Shown here: piece by piece, positions 41,122-48,859 of the stretch
Numbering within the stretch: position 1 is the stretch's first letter
How the letters are laid out: each line of letters begins with the position of its first letter
Assembly: GCA_946628315.1 (NCBI GenBank)
Contig: CAMOWH010000001.1
Coordinates: 939 to 64,938 of the forward strand
Origin: an uncultured Prevotella sp.
GTDB lineage: Bacteria > Bacteroidota > Bacteroidia > Bacteroidales > Bacteroidaceae
Length of the DNA: 64,000 bases
Direction: 5' to 3'
The notes under the pieces: model-generated
Database searches by the model: none
Told to the model about the DNA's origin: nothing
What the model saw: only the letters and a program-made list of their open reading frames with translations
Translations under genes and position numbers: made by a program

Positions 41122-41148
41122 CAGCGCAGACTGAGGACCAATAAGTTT

Positions 41149-41211
41149 TAGAGTGCACTACAAAAAATGTTCCAAGCCGTGGAATATAACGTTCCAGGGC
41201 TTGGAACATTT
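41149..41211. repeat. Long intergenic palindrome after ftsZ (REP-like element and/or terminator)
   Basis: AAATGTTCCAAGCCGTGGAA-TATAACG-TTCCAGGGCTTGGAACATTT (20-bp stem, one mismatch), preceded by AGTGCACT; related copy at 53984-54043. Confidence 0.75.
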
Positions 41212-41301
41212 CTTAAAGACCATCTAAGCTATAGCAGAGTGTGGTCTTTTCGTGTTATTATCACCTTGTTTTTGGCCAGAGAAAGAGAATCTGCCGAAAC
41301 G

Positions 41302-41333
41302 TTTGGCAGATTGCGAAAGTATTCGTACCTTTG
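41302..41333 (+). promoter_or_regulatory. Canonical Bacteroidetes promoter TTTG-N20-TAnnTTTG
   Basis: TTTG at 41302-41305 and TACCTTTG at 41326-41333, upstream of the U32 gene. Confidence 0.75.
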
Positions 41334-41359
41334 CAGCCTGAAATTACGAATAAGGACGA

Positions 41360-42601
41360 ATGATGGAACTATCGGACTTTGAGATTATGGCTCCTGTGGG
41401 GAGCCGTGACTCGCTGGCTGCGGCGCTGAAGGCTGGGGCGGGCAGCGTGTACTTCGGCGTGGAACAGCTGAACATGCGGTCACACTCGGCCAACCACTTT
41501 ACCATTGACGACTTGCGCGAGATTGCCGCCACGTGCAGGGAGCACGGCGTAAGGTCGTACCTGACGGTGAACACCATCATCTATGGCGAGGACCTGGAGC
41601 TGATGCGGCGGATAGTGGACGCAGCCAAGGAGGCTGACATCTCAGCCATCATAGCCAGCGACGTGGCAGTGATGACCTACTGCCGGCAGAAGGGTGTGGA
41701 GGTTCACCTCTCGACACAGCTGAACATCTCGAACATCGAGGCGCTGAAGTTCTACGCCCAGTTTGCCGATGTGGTGGTGCTGGCACGCGAGCTGAACCTG
41801 GACCAGGTGGCTGACATCTACCGCCAGATAGAGGAACAGCACATCACGGGGCCCAGCGGTGAGCTGGTGCGCATCGAGATGTTCTGTCACGGAGCCCTGT
41901 GCATGGCCATCAGCGGCAAGTGCTACATGAGCCTGGACAACACGGGGCGCTCGGCCAACCGGGGGGCCTGTATGCAGATATGCCGCCGCTCGTACATCGT
42001 CACCGACCGCGAGACGGGTACGGAGCTGGAGATTGACAACAAGTACATCATGTCGCCCAAGGACCTGAAGACCATCCGCTTCATTGACCGCATGATGAAG
42101 AGCGGGGTGCGGGTATTCAAGATTGAGGGTCGTGCCCGCGGACCGGAATATGTGCTGACGGTGGTACAGTGCTACCGCGAGGCCATCCAGAGCGTGCTGG
42201 ACGACACCTTTACGGAGGAGAAGAAGGACCAGTGGGACGAACGGCTGGCAACGGTCTTCAACCGCGGTTTCTGGGACGGCTACTACCAGGGACAGCTGTT
42301 GGGCGAGTGGAACAAGAACTACGGTTCGAATGCCACCGAGCGCAAGCAGTATATCGGCAAGGGCGTGAAGTACTTCTCGCGTCTGGGTGTGGCAGAGTTT
42401 ACGGTAGAGGCCGACACCTTCTCCGTGGGTGACAAGATGCTCATTACGGGGCCCACGACGGGAGCGCTGTATGTCACCGTGGATGAGATTCACGATGATG
42501 ACAGCAGCATCCAGACGGCCCGACAGGGTACACGCGTCAGCATCAAGGTGCCTGAGAAGGTCCGCCCGAGTGACAAACTGTTTAAGATAGTTGAGAGTTG
42601 A
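41360..42601 (+). CDS. Peptidase U32 family protein (TrhP-like RNA hydroxylation protein)
   Basis: EIMAPVG, HLSTQ, LARE, HGALCMAISGKC, NRGACMQICR, KIEGR. Confidence 0.88.
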   Translation: MMELSDFEIMAPVGSRDSLAAALKAGAGSVYFGVEQLNMRSHSANHFTIDDLREIAATCREHGVRSYLTVNTIIYGEDLELMRRIVDAAKEADISAIIASDVAVMTYCRQKGVEVHLSTQLNISNIEALKFYAQFADVVVLARELNLDQVADIYRQIEEQHITGPSGELVRIEMFCHGALCMAISGKCYMSLDNTGRSANRGACMQICRRSYIVTDRETGTELEIDNKYIMSPKDLKTIRFIDRMMKSGVRVFKIEGRARGPEYVLTVVQCYREAIQSVLDDTFTEEKKDQWDERLATVFNRGFWDGYYQGQLLGEWNKNYGSNATERKQYIGKGVKYFSRLGVAEFTVEADTFSVGDKMLITGPTTGALYVTVDEIHDDDSSIQTARQGTRVSIKVPEKVRPSDKLFKIVES

Positions 42602-42620
42602 GAATTGAAAGTTGAGAATT
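42589..42620. repeat. Heptamer repeat A(G/A)TTGA(G/A) x4 spanning the U32 stop codon
   Basis: agttgag agttgag aattgaa agttgag aatt, then the sufE ATG. Confidence 0.8.
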
Positions 42621-43040
42621 ATGGCAACCATTAACGAGATACAAGACGAGATTATAGAGGAGTTCTCCGGTTTTGACGACTGGATGGACAAGTACCAACT
42701 GCTGATTGACCTGGGCAACGAACAGGAGCCGCTGGACGAACAGTACAAGGTGGAGAGCAACCTGATAGACGGCTGCCAGAGCCGTGTGTGGCTGCAGGCC
42801 GACTACGAAGACGGAGTGATACGCTTTACGGCAGAGAGTGATGCCCTGATAGTGAAGGGTATTGTGGCACTGCTCATCCGTGTGCTGTCAGGTCATACGC
42901 CGCAGGAAATCCTGGATGCCGACCTGTACTTCATCGAGAAGATTGGGCTGAAGGAGCATCTCTCTCCCACCCGCTCGAATGGTCTGCTGGCCATGGTGAA
43001 GCAGATGCGGATGTACGCTTTGGCACTGTCGAAAAGGTGA
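42621..43040 (+). CDS. sufE: Fe-S cluster sulfur acceptor SufE
   Basis: GCQSRVW, ESDALIVKG, LSPTRSNG. Confidence 0.93.
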   Translation: MATINEIQDEIIEEFSGFDDWMDKYQLLIDLGNEQEPLDEQYKVESNLIDGCQSRVWLQADYEDGVIRFTAESDALIVKGIVALLIRVLSGHTPQEILDADLYFIEKIGLKEHLSPTRSNGLLAMVKQMRMYALALSKR

Positions 43041-43075
43041 AAGGTGAAACTTGAAACCTGAAACCTGAAACTCAA
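43034..43075. repeat. Heptamer repeat AANNTGA x5-6 containing the sufE stop codon
   Basis: aaggtga aaggtga aacttga aacctga aacctga aactcaa. Confidence 0.8.
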
Positions 43076-43089
43076 GTTAAAAGGCGAGA

Positions 43090-44379
43090 CTACTCTTCGT
43101 AGTCGTCGAGCTTCTTCAGGTAGTATTCACGGAAGTCCTTCCAACGATAATACGGTGCGAGTTTGTCGGGCAGCGGCAAGCGCGTTTCCTTTTCGTTGAG
43201 CAGTACTTTGATGAGTACATTCTTGTCCTTGGGACTGCTGCGATAGAATACAATCTGTATGTTCGAAGCCATGGGGAACACCAGACAGGCCCACCAGCCT
43301 GAAGACTCCAACTGTTCCAAATCCATCGTCTGGTAGTCGAAGCCGTTGATGCCCAACAGGCATGTCAAAGGCAATACCACCGTCTCATGACCAAAGCGCA
43401 ACTGAGCGCCAGGCTTGGGCAGTCGGATACAGCTGTCTGCCTCTTCTATCATCTTACGCAACAGGAACCGCTGGGTGAAGGGCTGCTTTCCTCCGTTCAA
43501 CGGCGAGGGACCATAGGTAAAGTACCACCAGGCATTCTCGCGCTGCCAGAACCGGTGAATATCCTCGTAGGTGAAAAGGTTCACCATACAGCGCTTCTCG
43601 CTCATCTTGGTATTCTGCTGGATGAGGGCCGTCTTCAACAGATAGTAGTTCAGCCACTCCTCGTCCACCTGTTTTATATATGCTGTGTCATTGAACAACA
43701 AGTTCATGAGGCGCGGATTCTGAATGCGCTTGGCACTAAACTTCTTATAGGCCTCCTTCGTGGCGGGCGTGTTCATCTGTTTGCGCAACACACTGTCCTG
43801 ATGGTTCATATACCACATATCAGCCTTGGATGCCCGCATGGTGATGTCCAAAGCCGGATGAAGGGCTTTCATCTGCTGCATGGCTGCTCCCATAGAAACG
43901 ACACAGCGGTTGACCGTCGTGCTACGGGCATCAATATGGGCACTGCCTTCGAAGACCTCTGGGAAGTGAGCCATCATACGCCGGGCAATGTCACGATGCT
44001 GGCGCTTGCCCAGTCCTGTGAGGTCGCCCCAACGTCCTTCTGAGTCGCGGAGAATCATCTCCAGTTCCTCCATCACCTGTTTGCCCTTTGGTGTCAGCTT
44101 GCCCAAACTGTCGGCCTTGGCCAAGATGCGATATGGAATGTCATAGCCCTTACGATTGCCGAGATAGCGTGAGCCATGACGACCATAATGGGAGATATAG
44201 AAAGGTTTCTTGCCTGCCGGAGCCTCTGTCATTGGCGGCTCCACACTGTCAGGATAGATGCAATAGTTGCTGGCCGAGATGTTGCGGTTACGGGTAATCA
44301 TGTTGAACGCACTCTGCGCCCCACTCTCTAATGCCATACAAAGCAGCAACCCCACCAACAGCACCCTATTGTTCCACAT
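43090..44379 (-). CDS. Secreted histidine acid phosphatase family protein
   Basis: Signal peptide; HYGRHGSRY nucleophile motif; RFGHET. Confidence 0.85.
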   Translation of the reverse strand: MWNNRVLLVGLLLCMALESGAQSAFNMITRNRNISASNYCIYPDSVEPPMTEAPAGKKPFYISHYGRHGSRYLGNRKGYDIPYRILAKADSLGKLTPKGKQVMEELEMILRDSEGRWGDLTGLGKRQHRDIARRMMAHFPEVFEGSAHIDARSTTVNRCVVSMGAAMQQMKALHPALDITMRASKADMWYMNHQDSVLRKQMNTPATKEAYKKFSAKRIQNPRLMNLLFNDTAYIKQVDEEWLNYYLLKTALIQQNTKMSEKRCMVNLFTYEDIHRFWQRENAWWYFTYGPSPLNGGKQPFTQRFLLRKMIEEADSCIRLPKPGAQLRFGHETVVLPLTCLLGINGFDYQTMDLEQLESSGWWACLVFPMASNIQIVFYRSSPKDKNVLIKVLLNEKETRLPLPDKLAPYYRWKDFREYYLKKLDDYEE

Positions 44380-45655
44380 AGGCATCCAGTTTCTTTAAGT
44401 AATACTTGCGGAAGTCGCTCCAATGGTAGTAGACCTCCTCCACGCTCTTCAACGGCAGATGGACCTCATTTTCGTTGAGCAGCACCTTGACCAGCACATC
44501 CCCGTCGTCAGGACTCTTGCGATAGAACACTATCTGGAGATTGGCAGCCATGGGGAAAATGCGATAGTTGGCCCATCCGCGACGGTCCAGCGACTCGAGG
44601 TTATCTGTTGCCAGTCCATAGTCTTCAATCTCGAGCAGGCATACCAAAGGCAGAAGCACCGTCTCGTGACCATAGCGCAGCTGTACGCCCGGCTGCTCCA
44701 GTCGGATGCAGCTGTCGGCCTGTTCGATGATGCGGCGAAGCAGGTTGCGCTGGGTATAAGGCTGAAGACCACCATTGAGGGTTGAGCCCGCATAGCAGAT
44801 ATACCACCAGGCATTCTCCTTTTTCCAGTTATGGTAAATCTCCTCGTCAGTAAACAGGTCGTAGAGCGTCATCTGATTATTGAGATGTGTGCTCTGCAGA
44901 TTGCTGGCCACCTTGAAGAGGAAATAGTTCAGCTTGCCCGCATCCACCTTATTATTGATATAAGCAGTGTCGTTGAAGAGCGACTGCATAAGCCGCAAGT
45001 TGTCTTCATAAGACTTGGTAAACTCCTTATAGCGGGCAAACGTGGCAGAGTCCATCTTCATGGCAAACAGCCGCTTGTCCTGCTGGTTCAGGTAGTACAT
45101 ATCCCGATGGGTGGCATTATGGTGGATATTAGCCGTGGGTACCATCCCCGCCAGTTGCATCATGGCATACTCCATGGAGAGGATGCAACGCGTCACCATG
45201 GTACTACGGGCATCGACAGACACCCGGCCCTGAAAAATCTCAGGGTAGTGTCGCACCATGCGCTTGATGATTTCGCGGTGCTGGCGGGCCCCCAGTTCTG
45301 TCAGCTCACCCCAATGGTCCTTAGCATCCTGTCGAATCAGGTCCAGCCGGTGCAACACGTCAACACCCAGTGGCGTCAGCTTGCCCAGACTATCGGCAGC
45401 AGCCAGAATCTGATAGGGGATTTCATAGGTGAGAGGGGTGTTGTGATAGCGGGAACCATGACGGCCGTAATGACTGATATAAAACGGCTTCTTACCCTCA
45501 GGAGCAGGTGTCAGCTCATGCTGGTGAGGATTGGGATATGCCATATAATTGCTTGCGGAACAGCGTATGTTTTTTTGTATCTCTTCACGTACCGACTGAG
45601 CTGGCAGACTGATGGCATAGCCCGATAAGGCTACTAATATCAGAAAATTTCTCAT
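44366..45655 (-). CDS. Secreted histidine acid phosphatase family protein (paralog)
   Basis: Signal peptide from MRNFLIL; HYGRHGSRY; RYGHET. Confidence 0.85.
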   Translation of the reverse strand: MRNFLILVALSGYAISLPAQSVREEIQKNIRCSASNYMAYPNPHQHELTPAPEGKKPFYISHYGRHGSRYHNTPLTYEIPYQILAAADSLGKLTPLGVDVLHRLDLIRQDAKDHWGELTELGARQHREIIKRMVRHYPEIFQGRVSVDARSTMVTRCILSMEYAMMQLAGMVPTANIHHNATHRDMYYLNQQDKRLFAMKMDSATFARYKEFTKSYEDNLRLMQSLFNDTAYINNKVDAGKLNYFLFKVASNLQSTHLNNQMTLYDLFTDEEIYHNWKKENAWWYICYAGSTLNGGLQPYTQRNLLRRIIEQADSCIRLEQPGVQLRYGHETVLLPLVCLLEIEDYGLATDNLESLDRRGWANYRIFPMAANLQIVFYRKSPDDGDVLVKVLLNENEVHLPLKSVEEVYYHWSDFRKYYLKKLDAYVEQ

Positions 45656-45734
45656 CAAGTTTTTCGCGAATTTGTGTGCAAATATAGAAAAAAAATCGTA
45701 TATTTGCAAACTATTATACAAAAAAATGTATCCA

Positions 45735-46418
45735 ATGGCTAAGAAACAATACTTGACACACGCTTACCAACCGGTCGGAAGACTATGGCAAGACGACTAT
45801 TGGCTGCTGTTGATGGAACAGTATCTGCGCAAGCCCGTAGGCATCAAGCCCGTCTACAGTCGTCCCATGGTTGAACTGAGTCTGGAGTTGCACATCGCCC
45901 CACAGGAACTGCACCAGCGCATGGGTGAGATAGCCCGTCTGCGCATCCCCCGCATTGAGCGCATCTGGAAGGAGTACAGCCAGAATCCACGCCGTCTGAG
46001 CCGTGCCGTCCAGCTGTTACGTAACATGAAAGGATTTAACAGCGGAGGTGACTTCTTTGAGGGTGTTGCGGTTCAGGAAACCTTCGAGCGCGACTTCCGT
46101 CCCTTGACTGAAGCCCCCCAGCTGACCCCCATCATGCTCGTCATGGTACTGGACCTCTATTTCCGCCTCACCCCCATCACCATGGTCAGCGAGACACCAG
46201 AGGTACAGGAGTTAGGACGTCTGATGCACATTCCCACCCCGCTGGTCGTGGACATCCTGAAAGTCTATCAACATTGCGACCCCTATCTGAGGCGTCGTGA
46301 CAAGTCGGAAAGTGCGCTGCTGGCTCCCTGTCAGCAGATATGGCAGCAATATGGCAACGGTGACACACGCGAATTGGCTGACTATGCCGAACAGCTGAAA
46401 GCGTACTTTAAGAGTTGA
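45735..46418 (+). CDS. Hypothetical protein
   Basis: Long ORF filling the gap, with TATATTTG promoter box at 45699-45706; no family recognised with certainty. Confidence 0.7.
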   Translation: MAKKQYLTHAYQPVGRLWQDDYWLLLMEQYLRKPVGIKPVYSRPMVELSLELHIAPQELHQRMGEIARLRIPRIERIWKEYSQNPRRLSRAVQLLRNMKGFNSGGDFFEGVAVQETFERDFRPLTEAPQLTPIMLVMVLDLYFRLTPITMVSETPEVQELGRLMHIPTPLVVDILKVYQHCDPYLRRRDKSESALLAPCQQIWQQYGNGDTRELADYAEQLKAYFKS

Positions 46419-46461
46419 GACATTGTAATGTTAAAGACAAAGTAACAAAATAACAATATGT

Positions 46462-48843
46462 ATGAAAAAACTATTCATCACTGAAGCAATGCTCCTGTTA
46501 ACATCTGCAACAATGACTGCACAGACAAAACTCACGTCAGGAAATATTGACGAAGTCATGAAGGCCATGACCTTGGAAGAGAAAGCCCAACTGCTGGTAG
46601 GCGGTGGCAACGATTCCTTCGTAGGCTCGGGGGCCATGCTGGGCCACCAGAAAAAATATGTAGCCGGTGCTGCCGGAACAACCGTTGAGATTCCCCGTCT
46701 GGGCATCCCTGCCACGGTGGTTGCCGACGGGCCTGCCGGAGTACACATAGACCCCAAGCGCGACAACGACCCCAACAGTTACTATGCCACAGGCTTCCCC
46801 ATCGGCACCTGTCTGGCCTCCACCTGGAACACGGAACTGGTAGAACAGGTAGGTCAGGCCATCGGTAACGAGACGCTGGAATACGGTGTCGATGTCATTC
46901 TGGGCCCTGGCATGAACCTGCACCGCTCACCCCTCTGCGGACGCAACTTTGAATACTACTCCGAGGACCCCATTGTGACGGGACTCATCGGAGCCGCAGT
47001 CATCAAGGGCATCCAGAGCCAAGGCGTGGGTGTGTCGGCCAAGCACTTTGCCGTCAACTCACAGGAGTCGTCACGTACGAAGGTAGACGAGCGACTGTCC
47101 CAACGGGCCCTGCGCGAACTTTATCTGAAAGGCTTCGAGATGGCTGTACGCCAGTCAGACCCCTGGACCCTGATGTCGTCGTATAATGTCATCAACGGTG
47201 TCTATGCCCAAGGTAACAAAGACCTGCTCTCCACCATTCTGCGCGACGAGTGGGGATACAAGGGCATTGTGATGACTGACTGGATCGGCAAGCGCGAGAA
47301 ACTGCCTACAGCACAGGAGGTAGAGGCAGGCAACGACCTCATGATGCCGGGCTATCCTACCCAGGCTGAGGACATTGTACAGGCTGTCAAGGCAGGTCGT
47401 CTGGACATCAAATATGTTGACCAGAACGTACGCCGTATGTTGGAATACATTGTCAAGACACCACGCTTCCGTGGCTACAAGTTCAGCAACAAGCCCGACC
47501 TGACGGCTCATGCCAAGGTAACCCGCCAGTCGTCGACAGAAGGCATGGTACTGCTGAAGAATGCTCCCCACCCAGCCTCTCCGAGGGGAGGAAAGCCGCG
47601 GTTGACACTCCCCCTCGGGGGAGACGGAGAGGGGTTGACGGTGGCCCTGTTTGGTGTCAACAGTTACGACTTCATGTCGGGCGGTCTGGGTTCCGGCTGT
47701 GTCAACGTGCCTTACGTGGTCGACATGGTACAGGGACTGAAGAACATCGGTGTTTCCACCACGCCCCTGCTGACGGAGATTTACCAGAACTACGTGCGCT
47801 ATGCCAAGGCCAAACTCAAGGCTGACAAGAACCCCATGATGTGGTTCCTCGACCAAGGCCAGCCCAAGTTTGACGAGATAGAGATTTCGGAACGCTGTGT
47901 GGCCCACGAACTGCAGGAGGCCGATGCCGCCATCATCACCATCGGCCGTCAGGCCGGTGAGGGCCTGGACCGCAAGATAGACGGCGAATTCAACCTGAGC
48001 CAACAGGAACAGGACATGATATTCCGCGTCAGCGACCAGTTCCATGCTGCCGGCAAGCCCGTCATCGTCATCATCAACTCAGGAAGCGTGATGGAAACCT
48101 GTTCGTGGCGCGACCGCGTGGATGCCATCCTCTGCGCCTGGCAACCCGGTGAGGAGGGCGGCAACAGCGTAGCCGACGTGCTGACAGGCAAAGCCAACCC
48201 CAGCGGCAAACTGACCATGACATGGCCCGTAGCCGCTACCGACCATCCCTCTACCAAGAACTTCCCCAAGGACTACGACATGTACACCTATAAGGAGATG
48301 CTGGGCTGGGGTTCGCCCATACAGGGTGAGGACTTCACCGACCACGAGGAAGACATCTATGTGGGCTACCGCTACTTCGACACCTTCCAGAAACCCGTGG
48401 CTTATCCCTTCGGCTACGGACTGAGTTATACCACCTTTGCCTTCTCCAAGCCCGTGGTAAAAGCCAACGGCAGCACGGTCACCGTCTCTGTCACCGTCAA
48501 GAACACGGGCAGCGTCAGCGGCAAAGAAGTGGCACAGGTGTATGTGACCGCCCCCAGGGGACAGTTGCAGAAACCCGTTCACGAACTGAAAGCCTTTGCC
48601 AAGACGCGTGAGTTGAAACCCGGTGAGAGCCAGACGCTGACCATGCAGATAGCCGTGCGCGACCTGGCATCATTCGACGAGGCCAACAGCCAGTGGCTGA
48701 CCGAAGCCGGGACATACACTTTCCGCATCGGCTCGTCCAGCCGTGACCTGCCCCTCAGTGTCAATGCCAAGCTGACCCAGTACACCGAATCGGTAAACAA
48801 CGTCATGGCTCCCCGACAGCCCCTCAACCTGCTGAAGCAATAA
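46462..48843 (+). CDS. GH3 beta-glucosidase/beta-xylosidase
   Basis: ADGPAG, GRNFEYYSEDP, KHF, VMTDW nucleophile, C-terminal FnIII-like domain; signal peptide. Confidence 0.93.
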   Translation: MKKLFITEAMLLLTSATMTAQTKLTSGNIDEVMKAMTLEEKAQLLVGGGNDSFVGSGAMLGHQKKYVAGAAGTTVEIPRLGIPATVVADGPAGVHIDPKRDNDPNSYYATGFPIGTCLASTWNTELVEQVGQAIGNETLEYGVDVILGPGMNLHRSPLCGRNFEYYSEDPIVTGLIGAAVIKGIQSQGVGVSAKHFAVNSQESSRTKVDERLSQRALRELYLKGFEMAVRQSDPWTLMSSYNVINGVYAQGNKDLLSTILRDEWGYKGIVMTDWIGKREKLPTAQEVEAGNDLMMPGYPTQAEDIVQAVKAGRLDIKYVDQNVRRMLEYIVKTPRFRGYKFSNKPDLTAHAKVTRQSSTEGMVLLKNAPHPASPRGGKPRLTLPLGGDGEGLTVALFGVNSYDFMSGGLGSGCVNVPYVVDMVQGLKNIGVSTTPLLTEIYQNYVRYAKAKLKADKNPMMWFLDQGQPKFDEIEISERCVAHELQEADAAIITIGRQAGEGLDRKIDGEFNLSQQEQDMIFRVSDQFHAAGKPVIVIINSGSVMETCSWRDRVDAILCAWQPGEEGGNSVADVLTGKANPSGKLTMTWPVAATDHPSTKNFPKDYDMYTYKEMLGWGSPIQGEDFTDHEEDIYVGYRYFDTFQKPVAYPFGYGLSYTTFAFSKPVVKANGSTVTVSVTVKNTGSVSGKEVAQVYVTAPRGQLQKPVHELKAFAKTRELKPGESQTLTMQIAVRDLASFDEANSQWLTEAGTYTFRIGSSSRDLPLSVNAKLTQYTESVNNVMAPRQPLNLLKQ
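47566..47634. repeat. GC-rich inverted-repeat (REP-like doublet) inside the GH3 CDS
   Basis: Left arm CCCCACCCAGCCTCTCCGAGGGGAG; right arm CTCCCCCTCGGGGGAGACGGAGAGGGG; translated in frame. Confidence 0.75.
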
Positions 48844-48859
48844 GACATACATAACCACT

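Noticed and set aside
41642-42760. 372-aa minus-strand ORF
   Set aside because: Antisense shadow of U32/sufE caused by codon bias
46415-46440. TAATGTTAAA resembling a XerD arm of dif
   Set aside because: No matching XerC arm at the right spacing
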